NCBI GenBank assembly: GCA_014879465.1
Contig: JACSSA010000095.1
Coordinates: forward strand, 1-49,580
Source of the DNA: Rhodothermales bacterium
Lineage (GTDB): Bacteria > Bacteroidota > Rhodothermia > Rhodothermales > BA12
Direction of reading: 5' to 3'
DNA length: 49,580 nt
Shown here one piece after another: positions 36,591 through 45,503 of the stretch. A program made the translations under genes and the position numbers. Each line of letters begins with the position of its first letter. Within the stretch, counting starts at the first letter, position 1. The notes beneath the pieces were generated by a model. It was not told where the DNA came from. It saw nothing but the letters and a program-made list of their open reading frames with translations, and searched no databases.

Positions 36591-37566
36591 AGTCTTCGAC
36601 GCGCACCACAACGCGGCCCTGCACTTGCCCCTGCGTAATCGTCTCGGCCCAGCGCGGCACGTCGTCCAAGCGAATCGTCGTTGCCAGCGAGGCCAGCAGG
36701 TCGCGGTCCACCCGTTCGGCAAGGGCTTGCCACGCCTGCTGCCGCAGCGGAGCCGGGCAGGTGTTGGAGTCGATGCCGAGCAGGTTGACGCCGCGGAGGA
36801 TGAACGGAAAGACGGTGGTGACGAGGTCGGGCGACTGCGCGTTGCCGCAGGCGGCCACGCTGGTGCGTGTTTGCATCGACGCCAGCACGGCGGCGAGCGT
36901 CGCCCCGCCTACGGTATCGACCGCTCCACCCCAGCGGCTGGCTTCCAGCGGACGGTGTGTGCCCGCGCCCAGCGCGTCGCGCCCGATCACGTCGGCTGCG
37001 CCGAGGCGTTTCAGGTACGCCGGGTCTTTCCCCGACGAGGCCACGACGCGGTGCCCGGCGCGGGCGAGCAGGTGAACGGCGACGCTGCCCACGCCGCCGG
37101 ACGCGCCCGTCACGAGCACGTCGCCCGCGTCGTCGGGGTAGCCTGCGTGGTCGAGCGCCAATACAGCCAGCATCGCCGTAAAACCTGCCGTGCCGAGCGC
37201 CATCGCCTCGAAAAGCGAGAGGCCGTCGGGGAGACGAACGAGGTGCTTGGCCGAGGCGCGGGCGTGGGTGGCGAAGCCGCCCCAGCGGTTCTCGCCCGTT
37301 CCCCATCCGGTGAGGACGACGGCGTCGCCGGGCGCAAAATCCGGACTTTCGGACGTCTCGACCGTCCCAGCAAGGTCGATGCCGGGGACGAACGGAAACG
37401 CGCCGCGCACGATTTTGCCCTTGCCGGTGACGGCGAGGCCGTCTTTGTAGTTGAGGCTCGAATAGGCTACGCGGATCGTCACGTCGCCGTTGGGGAGCGC
37501 GTCGCGGTCGAAGTCGCGGATCGCGGCCGGGCCTTTCGGGCCGTCGAGGAAGAGAGCGCGGGGCAT
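36589..37566 (-). CDS. acuI: MDR-family oxidoreductase, YhdH/AcuI (acryloyl-CoA reductase-like)
   Basis: YSSLNYKDGLA, PGIDLAGTV, GTAGFTAML, VTGASGGVGS, PFILRGVNLLGIDS. Confidence 0.88.
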   Translation of the reverse strand: MPRALFLDGPKGPAAIRDFDRDALPNGDVTIRVAYSSLNYKDGLAVTGKGKIVRGAFPFVPGIDLAGTVETSESPDFAPGDAVVLTGWGTGENRWGGFATHARASAKHLVRLPDGLSLFEAMALGTAGFTAMLAVLALDHAGYPDDAGDVLVTGASGGVGSVAVHLLARAGHRVVASSGKDPAYLKRLGAADVIGRDALGAGTHRPLEASRWGGAVDTVGGATLAAVLASMQTRTSVAACGNAQSPDLVTTVFPFILRGVNLLGIDSNTCPAPLRQQAWQALAERVDRDLLASLATTIRLDDVPRWAETITQGQVQGRVVVRVED

Positions 37567-37613
37567 CGGGGCGGGTATTCGTGTCAAGATACCGCGCCGG
37601 TTTGGCCGCGCGT

Positions 37614-37653
37614 AAACGCAAAGCGCCCCGGCCTGCGTCGCAGGTCGGGGCGC
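37614..37653 (-). terminator. Intrinsic terminator after the lipoprotein gene
   Basis: GCGCCCCGGCCTG-CGTCG-CAGGTCGGGGCGC hairpin; the minus strand continues TTTGCGTTT. Confidence 0.6.
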
Positions 37654-37690
37654 GAAGGGCAAGCCTTAGGCGTCGCAGGGACGCATCGGC

Positions 37691-38092
37691 TTAGTGCTTG
37701 ACCGTGCTGTCGATCGCGGCGGCCGCGCCTTGGAGGGCGTCGGCGGCACCGGCCGCAACCGAGTCGGCGGCGGCACCGATGGCGGCACCGGCGCTGTCAA
37801 GAGCAGCACCGGTCGAGTCCATAGCCGCCTGGATGGGCGAGCTGATCTTGCTGAGGGCGGAGATCGTCGTGCCAGCGTACGTGTACGAGACGGAGTCGCC
37901 CGTGACGACTTCCACCGGCCATTCCAGCTCGTTGGAGAGCGTGTACTGGGTTTCGCCGATGGTGGCGGTCTTGGTCGTCGTGTCGAAAGCGTTGACGACA
38001 CCCTTGCCGTCGTGCGAGGCTTCCTTGCAGCCGGTGAGCGTGGCACCGCCCACGAGGGCGAGCACGGCGAGAGCGGAGACGAACTTCTTCAT
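37691..38092 (-). CDS. Small lipoprotein with an Ala/Asp-rich tail
   Basis: MKKFVSALAVLALVGGATLTG-C lipobox; AxDSxGA-like repeats. Confidence 0.8.
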   Translation of the reverse strand: MKKFVSALAVLALVGGATLTGCKEASHDGKGVVNAFDTTTKTATIGETQYTLSNELEWPVEVVTGDSVSYTYAGTTISALSKISSPIQAAMDSTGAALDSAGAAIGAAADSVAAGAADALQGAAAAIDSTVKH

Positions 38093-38232
38093 CTGCTTAG
38101 GAGAGTGGTGTGAGGGGGTGAGTGATGACCATGGGCACTTCGGGTTCCCCCATCGTGCAAGGCCAAGATGCGGATTCCGAACGGGCGAATACAAGGGTTG
38201 TTGGTGTGCAAACGATGAAGCCACACAACTTT

Positions 38233-39309
38233 CTAAAAAGTCCCGGCCTTGTCCTCCGTCCTTGTTTTTGAAGGTGTTGGGAAGCCCGCGAGCCGATCAA
38301 ACCGATAGGTCAACATCGGCGCGGCCGAGTCGCCCAGTGGCTTGCCGTCGAAGCGGGCGTTTTCGCCGTCGGCGGCCACGATGAGGCGACCGTGAAGGCG
38401 CTGGGGCGCTCCGGTGCTGTCGCGCCACCCGGCGGTGAGTTCCATGACATAGCGCTGCTGGATGCGGTCGTAGCGCCAGCGGACGCCAGTGGCTTCGGGG
38501 GCGGTGCCCACCCGGTAGCGGGCCAGCGTGCGGGCAAACGCATCGGCAAGAGCTTGCACGTCGGCGAGGCGTTCGGCGCGGGAGCGGGGGGCCAAAACGA
38601 GCGTGTCGGCAGCGAGGGCCACCGATCCGGTGCGCAGTTCCACGCGCACGCGGGCGGTGTCGCCGTAAAAAAAGCGGTCGTTGAGGGCCAGCCAGAAGGC
38701 GTCATAGCCGCGCTGGCCGGGCAGAGCGACGGTGCCTGCCGCGTAGCGCAGCGGCACGTCGAGCACGCTGGGGGCGATGGCCTCGTCTACGGCAATGTGC
38801 AGACGGGCGTTGCCGGGTGTGCGGCCTCGAAGGGTCTCGTAGCCCTCGCCGTGGGCGCGCAGGCGTTCCACCCGCCACGCGAACGTGTAGGCCAGCCGGT
38901 CGGGGTCGCCGTGGGCGGGATACGTCACGTCGAGGCGGCTGCGGAAGCGTTTGGGGCTGGAGCGGAGCGCGTCCTGCGCGCAGGCGGGGGCGTGTTGCGC
39001 GGCAAAGGCGCAAACTTCGACGAGGAACGAGCTGTCGGACGGCAACTGCGCGTCGGGGAGGCGCACGAGCAGCGGGCCTGCCCCGCGAGCGCCGCCGTCG
39101 AGCACCGTGTCGCGCCCGGCAAACACCAGCACGGCGACGCTGTCCACCCGTCCGCCCGACACCGTAGGCTGAACGTAGAGCGTATCCCACCCGGCGCGAC
39201 GTAGGCCGGTGGAAGTCATTCGGAGGTTTCGCGTGCACGACGTCAGTAGTGCCGCAAAGGCCAATACGGGAACGCAGGTAAGGGCTGCCCGTCTAAACCA
39301 AGGAGTCAT
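38233..39309 (-). CDS. Hypothetical lipoprotein
   Basis: LLTS-C lipobox; long ORF with host codon bias; no family recognised. Confidence 0.65.
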   Translation of the reverse strand: MTPWFRRAALTCVPVLAFAALLTSCTRNLRMTSTGLRRAGWDTLYVQPTVSGGRVDSVAVLVFAGRDTVLDGGARGAGPLLVRLPDAQLPSDSSFLVEVCAFAAQHAPACAQDALRSSPKRFRSRLDVTYPAHGDPDRLAYTFAWRVERLRAHGEGYETLRGRTPGNARLHIAVDEAIAPSVLDVPLRYAAGTVALPGQRGYDAFWLALNDRFFYGDTARVRVELRTGSVALAADTLVLAPRSRAERLADVQALADAFARTLARYRVGTAPEATGVRWRYDRIQQRYVMELTAGWRDSTGAPQRLHGRLIVAADGENARFDGKPLGDSAAPMLTYRFDRLAGFPTPSKTRTEDKAGTF

Positions 39310-39360
39310 AGCGTATCTTGGTTCGGAAGCGCTTTTCTACTATCCATTTCAACATCTGCC

Positions 39361-40488
39361 ATGGAAACCACCGCCCTTGCCTCGCCGACGGAAACGGAAG
39401 ACTTTCTGCCCATCAACGGTACGGATTACGTCGAGTTTTACGTTGGCAACGCCAAACAAGCGGCGCTCTACTACGCCCACTGCTTCGGCTTTGCCATCAC
39501 CGGCTACCGCGGCCCCGAAACAGGCGTCCGCGACCGGGCCAGTTACCTCCTTCAGCAAGGGAAGATTCGTTTCGTCCTCACCGCGCCCCTTCAGCCCGAA
39601 GGCGAGATCGCCGAGCACGTGCTGCTCCACGGCGACGGCGTGAAAGACCTCGCGCTTTGGGTGGACGATGCCCGCGCCGCGTTTGAGGCCACCACCAGCC
39701 GCGGCGGCGTGGTCGTCCGCAAGCCCGAGGTGCTGGAAGACGAGCACGGACAGGTTGTCGTGGCGGCCATCGGCACCTACGGCGACACCGTCCACACCTT
39801 CGTCGAGCGGAAGAACTACACCGGCCTCTTCTTGCCCGGCTTCCGCGCCTACGACAACCCGTACTTCACCGCCGAACCCATCGGCCTCAAGTACGTCGAC
39901 CACGTCGTCGGCAACGTCGGGTGGGGCGAGATGAACCGCTACGTCCAGTACTACGCCGACGTGATGGGCTTCAAAAACCTGATCTCGTTCGACGACGAGG
40001 ACATCTCGACCGAATACTCGGCGCTGATGTCCAAGGTGATGTCCAACGGCAACGAGCGCATCAAATTCCCCATCAACGAGCCTGCCGAGGGCAAGAAGAA
40101 GAGCCAGATCGAGGAGTACCTCGACTACTACCGGGGCGCGGGCGCGCAGCACATCGCCGTCGCCACCGACGACATTCTCGCCACCGTGACGGCCCTCCGC
40201 AGCCGGGGCGTCGAGTTCCTCACCGTCCCGACGACCTACTACGACGACCTCGAAGAGCGCGTCGGTAAGATCGACGAAGACCTTGCGCCGCTGGCCGAAC
40301 TGGGCATTCTGGTGGACCGCGACCCCGACGGCTACCTGCTCCAGATCTTTACCAAGCCCGTCGAAGACCGCCCGACGGTGTTCTACGAGATCATCCAGCG
40401 CAAGGGCGCGCGTTCGTTCGGCAAGGGCAACTTCAAGGCCCTCTTCGAAGCCATCGAGCGCGAGCAAGACCTGCGCGGAAACCTGTAA
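39361..40488 (+). CDS. hppD: 4-hydroxyphenylpyruvate dioxygenase
   Basis: DHVVGNV, KFPINEP, SQIEEYL, QHIA, LLQIFT, FYEIIQR, FGKGNFKALFEAIE. Confidence 0.97.
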   Translation: METTALASPTETEDFLPINGTDYVEFYVGNAKQAALYYAHCFGFAITGYRGPETGVRDRASYLLQQGKIRFVLTAPLQPEGEIAEHVLLHGDGVKDLALWVDDARAAFEATTSRGGVVVRKPEVLEDEHGQVVVAAIGTYGDTVHTFVERKNYTGLFLPGFRAYDNPYFTAEPIGLKYVDHVVGNVGWGEMNRYVQYYADVMGFKNLISFDDEDISTEYSALMSKVMSNGNERIKFPINEPAEGKKKSQIEEYLDYYRGAGAQHIAVATDDILATVTALRSRGVEFLTVPTTYYDDLEERVGKIDEDLAPLAELGILVDRDPDGYLLQIFTKPVEDRPTVFYEIIQRKGARSFGKGNFKALFEAIEREQDLRGNL

Positions 40489-40586
40489 AAGGAGAGTTGA
40501 GGGTTGGGAGTAGTCAGAAGACGCCTCCCGCACGCTCTGACGACTCCCCGCAGTGCCCGCAGGGCACGTCCAACTCCCCTTCGACT

Positions 40587-41852
40587 ATGCCGCACTATGT
40601 ACGGATGGGGCGCGTGCCCCACAAACGCCACACGCAATTTCCCCGCGAGGATGGCGCGCTCCACACCGAAGAGGTGATCGGAGCCGAGGGGTTTTCCGGC
40701 CTCCAAAGCCTCGCCTACCACCTGCACCCGCCCACGCTGGTGGACGACATCGGCGCGCCGGTGGATGTGCGCGTCGAGTATGTGGACGAGCCGTTCCTCC
40801 GCCACCGCCACTTCAAAGGCCTCGACGTGGCCCCGCACGGCGACTTCCTCTCGGGCCGCGTGGCGATGCTCGGCAACGACGACGTGGTGCTGTCGGTCGT
40901 CGCCCCCACCGAGGCGATGCCCGAGGACACGTTCTACCGCAACGCCTCGTGCGACGAGCTCGTGTACGTCCACGACGGCGAGGGGCGCGTCGAGACGCCG
41001 CTGGGCACGGTGCCGTTCGTGAAGGGCGACTACGTCCACATTCCCCGCACGCTCACCCAGCGTTGGGTGTTCGACGAGGGCGGCGTGCAGCCGCGGCTGT
41101 TGGTGATCGAAGCGCCGAGCGAGTTCCACCCGCCCAAGCGCTACCGCAACGGCTTCGGGCAGCTCTTGGAAAACTCGCCGTACTGCGAGCGCGACTTCCG
41201 CCCGCCCACCGAGCTTGTGACGAAGGACGAGGCCGGGCGCTTCACCGTGCTCATCAAAAAGCACGGACGGCTGTATCCGTACGTCTACCGCTATCACCCG
41301 TTCGATGTGGTCGGGTGGGACGGGCAGATGTACCCGTACGCCATCTCGATCCACGACTTCGAGCCGATCACCGGGCGCGTCCACCAGCCGCCGCCGGTGC
41401 ACCAGATGTTCGACGCGCACAACTTCGTGGTGTGCTCGTTCGTGCCGCGGCTGTTCGACTACCATCCGCAGGCCATCCCCGCGCCGTACAACCACTCGAA
41501 CATCGACTCCGACGAGGTGCTGTACTACGCCGAGGGCGATTTTATGTCGAGAAAGGGCATCCTGCGCGGGTCGTTCACGCTCCACCCCGGCGGCATCGCC
41601 CATGGCCCGCACCCCGGCACCACCGAGGCGAGCATCGGCAAGACGGAGACGCACGAGCTGGCCGTGATGGTGGACACGTTCCGCCCGCTCAAGCCGACCA
41701 AGGCCGCGCTGGGCGTGGAGGACGACACGTACGCGTTCTCGTGGCAGCCGGAGAAGCACGGCCACCCGCTCCCCGACGCCGCCCCCGTGCCGCCGGGCGC
41801 GTCCGGCGACGGCGCGATGACCAACGCCAGCCCCGCCGACGCCGCGCGGTGA
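40587..41852 (+). CDS. hmgA: Homogentisate 1,2-dioxygenase
   Basis: PHKRHTQF, HPFDVVGWDG, PITGRVHQPPPVH, PYNHSNIDSDEV, TLHPGGIAHGPHPG, AVMVDTF; follows hppD. Confidence 0.95.
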   Translation: MPHYVRMGRVPHKRHTQFPREDGALHTEEVIGAEGFSGLQSLAYHLHPPTLVDDIGAPVDVRVEYVDEPFLRHRHFKGLDVAPHGDFLSGRVAMLGNDDVVLSVVAPTEAMPEDTFYRNASCDELVYVHDGEGRVETPLGTVPFVKGDYVHIPRTLTQRWVFDEGGVQPRLLVIEAPSEFHPPKRYRNGFGQLLENSPYCERDFRPPTELVTKDEAGRFTVLIKKHGRLYPYVYRYHPFDVVGWDGQMYPYAISIHDFEPITGRVHQPPPVHQMFDAHNFVVCSFVPRLFDYHPQAIPAPYNHSNIDSDEVLYYAEGDFMSRKGILRGSFTLHPGGIAHGPHPGTTEASIGKTETHELAVMVDTFRPLKPTKAALGVEDDTYAFSWQPEKHGHPLPDAAPVPPGASGDGAMTNASPADAAR

Positions 41853-41864
41853 ACGCCTCGGCAC

Positions 41865-41879
41865 CACCCTGACAGGGTG
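41865..41879. repeat. Palindromic 15-mer, left boundary of the islet
   Basis: CACCCTGACAGGGTG; 14/15 identical copy at 43495-43509. Confidence 0.65.
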
Positions 41880-41881
41880 CC

Positions 41882-42437
41882 TCACAGCTTGACGTAGTGC
41901 CGCAACTGGTAATGCGGCGTGTCCTTGAAGGTCTTCCACGATCCTCCCCACTCGGTCGTCTCCGGGTCGTGGTACTTGGCTACCGCCACGTACGGAGCCT
42001 GCGCCGTCTGGTACTGGCCGTTCTTGAACACGCCCACGTCCCACGCCACGCCGTGGTTGTGCAAGCTCTGGCCCGGACGCGCATTAGTGACGCGGGGGCC
42101 GGGGTTTCCCCAGCGCCCCTTGCGGAAGAGGGCGGCCTGTTCGGCGTAGGAGCGAGTGCCCGAGAGGATGCGCACGTCGTGCCCGGCGGCGATGGCTTTC
42201 GTGAGGAAGCGACGGGCGGCCTTCTGAGCCTCTGGCAGAAGCGTGGCAAGGTTGCGCTCCGACCGCGCGTCGAAGGCCGAGTTCGGCGGCGATGCGCTGG
42301 GATTCGTGGACGAAGGCGTTGTAGGCTTTGTCGGTCTTCGGCCCCCAATCGCCGTCGATAGCGGCACGGTAGAAGCCTGCGCGGGCGAGGAAGCGCTGCG
42401 CGAAGGACACATCGTCAGGGAAGAAGGGACGGCTCAT
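41882..42437 (-). pseudogene. Frameshifted peptidoglycan-binding + M15 (L-Ala-D-Glu peptidase-like) gene
   Basis: Frame 1 MSRPFF...AQRFLARAGFYRAAIDGDWGPKT...AAELG; frame 2 FDARSERN...RSYAEQ...SLHNHGVAWD...WGGSW..FKDTPHYQ; switch at about 42275. Confidence 0.8.
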
Positions 42438-42504
42438 ATTTTTCTGACTAAAGATTAAATATAATTAACTATAATTTTGAATACCGAAAATACGATTTAT
42501 TTAA

Positions 42505-43242
42505 TCAGCTACAATTATGAACCAACATTGAATCTAGATCTGAATTCAGGTCGTTTGTTATGCATATCGGTGAATCACTATAAGGGAAAAGTGATATTAT
42601 CATTATAGAATAAGATGAATCTGTTATGGTAGGTCCGCACGAGGTGCTGTAAGCGAATGTCCTGTCTATTCTGGTCTGTGAGCACGACTCGACAGATTTA
42701 TCGCATTCGATCCTGTTAAACGACATGCACCCTTGAATATCTATAACATGACTTGACAACATGCGTTTAGTTTTGGAATCAAATACAAATCTACCTAGAA
42801 CAAATTCGTTATTTTCTCGGCTGCAGATGCCAGAAACCCCGCCTATTTCATATGAAGGGAAATCTATCTCTGCATTTACATAAATTCTCCCTGACCTTTC
42901 TTTGGCTATAATCTTGCCTATGTGAAAAGGGCCTGGATTGTTGTATTTATAATTATCCAGATTAAAAATCTCCTTTTTAAGATTTATTCTCAAATTTTTA
43001 TTGTTGATCGTGAATACAAAAACACTATCTATTTTGTACAAATCAATACCTTTACTTGCTAGGCTATCTGAGTATGATTTATATTTACTAATCATTATGG
43101 AATCCTCGCTACTGCAAAAAATTTTTTCTATATAAGTATATGTTTCATTATTTGCGATCGGTATTTGATCGTCTGCGGATCTTGTCTTTCTGTTTGTGCA
43201 TGAAAAAAGAAACATAAGCATGAAAATGATACATATCTTCAT
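42505..43242 (-). CDS. AT-rich hypothetical lipoprotein
   Basis: MKICIIFMLMFLFS-C lipobox; long ORF in DNA roughly one-third GC; 8 further Cys in the mature part. Confidence 0.75.
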   Translation of the reverse strand: MKICIIFMLMFLFSCTNRKTRSADDQIPIANNETYTYIEKIFCSSEDSIMISKYKSYSDSLASKGIDLYKIDSVFVFTINNKNLRINLKKEIFNLDNYKYNNPGPFHIGKIIAKERSGRIYVNAEIDFPSYEIGGVSGICSRENNEFVLGRFVFDSKTKRMLSSHVIDIQGCMSFNRIECDKSVESCSQTRIDRTFAYSTSCGPTITDSSYSIMIISLFPYSDSPICITNDLNSDLDSMLVHNCS

Positions 43243-43341
43243 CTTGAATATGTGATGCATCAAGATCGGCCTGGATCAGGAGTTGAGGTTGGGTCTATCC
43301 GTTTTAGATGGATAATGGATAACCCAAAATCCACCAATCGG

Positions 43342-43370
43342 AACGTAAGGAACCCAAATCAAAAAGTCAA
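43342..43370 (-). promoter_or_regulatory. Sigma70-like promoter for the AT-rich lipoprotein gene
   Basis: Minus strand TTGACT-17 nt-TACGTT. Confidence 0.45.
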
Positions 43371-43486
43371 GTGTATCGTGTTGGCATCGGAAAATTCCCT
43401 GTCACGCCTCAGAGAAGATGGCCTTGCGTGCCCTTCTGGAGAACGTGTAAGGTTGGAATTTTCGGGTGCCATTTTTTTGCCCGCAC

Positions 43487-43509
43487 GACAGGGTCACCCT
43501 AACAGGGTG
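43487..43509. repeat. Palindromic 15-mer plus a half copy, right boundary of the islet
   Basis: GACAGGGT directly followed by CACCCTAACAGGGTG. Confidence 0.6.
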
Positions 43510-43865
43510 GACCGCGGCACGTATCCGTGCGCCTGGTACCGTTCGACCGCCGCGCCGAGGAGGTCGGCGAGGGCGTCTTCCTGCGCCGCGTCGAGGGTTT
43601 TGAAGGCGAAGCACGACTTGCCCGTCATCCGCTTTCGGAGCGCGTCCGGCACGGCGTCGAGCAAGTCGGCATCGGTGTAGACCGGCATCAGGTGCAGCGC
43701 CACGCCCTTGGGCTTGCGCGTGACGGAGCCGAAGAACAGCGACGTCTTGTTCGTCTGGACGTGCGGCGTGTCGAGGTAGAACACGTCCGGCGTGTCGGTT
43801 TTCACGACGAGGCCGGTGGCGTGGCGTTCGAGCAGGGCGCGGAGGGTGTCGAAGGCGTCGGGCAT
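43494..43865 (-). CDS. DUF1801-like protein
   Basis: FFGSV...VALHLMPVY...LRKRMTGKSCFAF. Confidence 0.7.
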   Translation of the reverse strand: MPDAFDTLRALLERHATGLVVKTDTPDVFYLDTPHVQTNKTSLFFGSVTRKPKGVALHLMPVYTDADLLDAVPDALRKRMTGKSCFAFKTLDAAQEDALADLLGAAVERYQAHGYVPRSTLLG

Positions 43866-43920
43866 CGGTGTACCGGGAGAAGGACGCGTCCAGAGTACCG
43901 GCCCCCGCTGACAGCCCCTC

Positions 43921-43991
43921 GTCATCCCCGCGCAGGCGGGGATCCAGAGCCTCTCCGGCGCAACGGGATCCCCGATCACGTCGGGGATGAC
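43921..43991. repeat. RPE/dRS3-like palindromic repeat element
   Basis: GTCATCCCCGCGCAGGCGGGGATCC...GGATCCCCGATCACGTCGGGGATGAC with terminal inverted repeat GTCATCCCCG/CGGGGATGAC. Confidence 0.75.
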
Positions 43992-44025
43992 CTATGAAAC
44001 GAGGTGACGGTCCTTCAGCCGCGTG

Positions 44026-45414
44026 TCACCACGTGCGCCGGAGCGGGTGGGCCTCGGTGTTGAACACGACGGCGTCGAGGTCGAGCGTCTGGGGCGGTGC
44101 GAAGAGCAGGTAGAAGTACTTGAACGTCTCGGCGAAAAGAAAACTCTGCTGCTCGTCAGCCTGCGCCTTCGTCACCACGCTCGCCAGCGTCGCGTAGCCC
44201 GCGTCGGTGCGGCAGTGGCGGACGAAGTCCTCGAACATCGCCGCGCCCATCTCGACGTAGCGCGGGTCGCCGGTGGCGCGGTAGAGGTAGTAGGCCGACT
44301 CCACGATTTCGGGCCGCAGCGGGTAGCCGGGGCTGGTGACGGCGTTGCTCACGTAGTCGAACCGTTCGGGTTCGATGCCGTGCAGCCGCCACATCCGGTA
44401 GGCCGAGGCTTGGAGCCGCCGCGCCCGGCCCACGTCGCCGTCGAGCACGAACACGCCGGGCAAGAAGGCGTCGAGCGCGCCGAAGGTCGTGGACGTGCGC
44501 TCGCCCGTGTCCATATCCACGACCGCGTACCAGAGCTCGCCGGGCACGCTCGTCGTGTCGGCCACGTAGCGGTGCAGCGGCCCCCGACTCGCCTCCCACA
44601 TCCGGCGGCAGTCGGGGTCGCCGAAGAGTCGGTCGCACTTCAGCAGGTACTCGTAGTACGAGTCGATGCCGCCGGAGACGTGCGAGCGCCGCCCGACGTA
44701 CTGCCCGGTGCGCACGTCGATGCGGTTGCCGACGAGCCCAAGGGCGGAGCGGGCGTCGAAGGTGGCCACGAGCGCGCGTTTGGCCGTGTCGTAAAACACC
44801 GGGTCGCCGGTGATCCGCGAGAGGGTGCCGAACTCCAGCAGCAGCGTGCCCGTCTCGGCGGGGTTGGAGGCGGAGTCGCGGACGGCTCCGGTGCGGAGGT
44901 TGACGTAGCGGTACGGGAGGCCGGTGGGCGTTTGGAAGGCCGGAAGGAGCCGTCGCCCGAGGTCGTGGGCGAGGTCGAGCATCCGCCGGTCGCCGGTGAG
45001 TTGGTAGGCCGAGAGCAGCCCGCCGAGGTGGCGGATGGTGATCTCGAAGACCTGCACGTCTTGGTCGTGGTCGAACGTCAGGTTGGCGGCAAGGAACGCC
45101 CGGACGCTGTCGGCCTCGGCATCCAGGCCCATCAGCTTCATCGTCGAGAGGGCGTCGACGGGCGTGAAGTAGATCGGCTGGGCGTACCAGTTGTGGCCGG
45201 TCTTCGAGAGCGGGCGGAGGTCGTCGTAGCCCGAGGCGTAGCGCCGGTAGCCGCGCCAGGCGTGCAGAAACTCGGCCTTCACGCGGTCGGCCAGCGCCCG
45301 CGTATCGAGGCTCGTTTGGGCCGAGGCGGCAGCGGGCGCGGTCGGACGCACCGTTTGGCAACCGGCGGTTCCAATCAGCAGGGCGAGCGCGGCAAGGCGG
45401 AGGACGGCGGACAT
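44026..45414 (-). CDS. Glycoside hydrolase family 47 (alpha-1,2-mannosidase), lipoprotein
   Basis: HAWRGY...GYDDLRP, VFEITIRHLGGLLS, AETGTLLLEF, DSYYEYLLK, YPLRPEIVES, SFLFAETFKY, FNTEAHP; TAG-C lipobox. Confidence 0.93.
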   Translation of the reverse strand: MSAVLRLAALALLIGTAGCQTVRPTAPAAASAQTSLDTRALADRVKAEFLHAWRGYRRYASGYDDLRPLSKTGHNWYAQPIYFTPVDALSTMKLMGLDAEADSVRAFLAANLTFDHDQDVQVFEITIRHLGGLLSAYQLTGDRRMLDLAHDLGRRLLPAFQTPTGLPYRYVNLRTGAVRDSASNPAETGTLLLEFGTLSRITGDPVFYDTAKRALVATFDARSALGLVGNRIDVRTGQYVGRRSHVSGGIDSYYEYLLKCDRLFGDPDCRRMWEASRGPLHRYVADTTSVPGELWYAVVDMDTGERTSTTFGALDAFLPGVFVLDGDVGRARRLQASAYRMWRLHGIEPERFDYVSNAVTSPGYPLRPEIVESAYYLYRATGDPRYVEMGAAMFEDFVRHCRTDAGYATLASVVTKAQADEQQSFLFAETFKYFYLLFAPPQTLDLDAVVFNTEAHPLRRTW

Positions 45415-45443
45415 CGGCGCGGAGAAGGAACGCCGCACGATAC

Positions 45444-45479
45444 GAAAAACCCTGCCCGCACCGAGGATGCAGGCAGGGC
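45444..45479 (-). terminator. Intrinsic terminator after the SlyD-like gene
   Basis: CCCTGCC...GGCAGGG stem; the minus strand continues TTTTT. Confidence 0.6.
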
Positions 45480-45503
45480 AACCGACCAAACGTACGGTGG
45501 CGG

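Noticed and set aside
23443-41852. Tocopherol/plastoquinone-like pathway from HppD plus the VTE5/VTE6-like fusion
   Set aside because: The genes are about 14 kb apart, hppD is paired with hmgA (tyrosine catabolism), and no homogentisate prenyltransferase is in the window.
43252-43680. 142-aa plus-strand ORF at the islet edge
   Set aside because: No motifs; it spans the composition boundary and lies antisense to the DUF1801-like gene.
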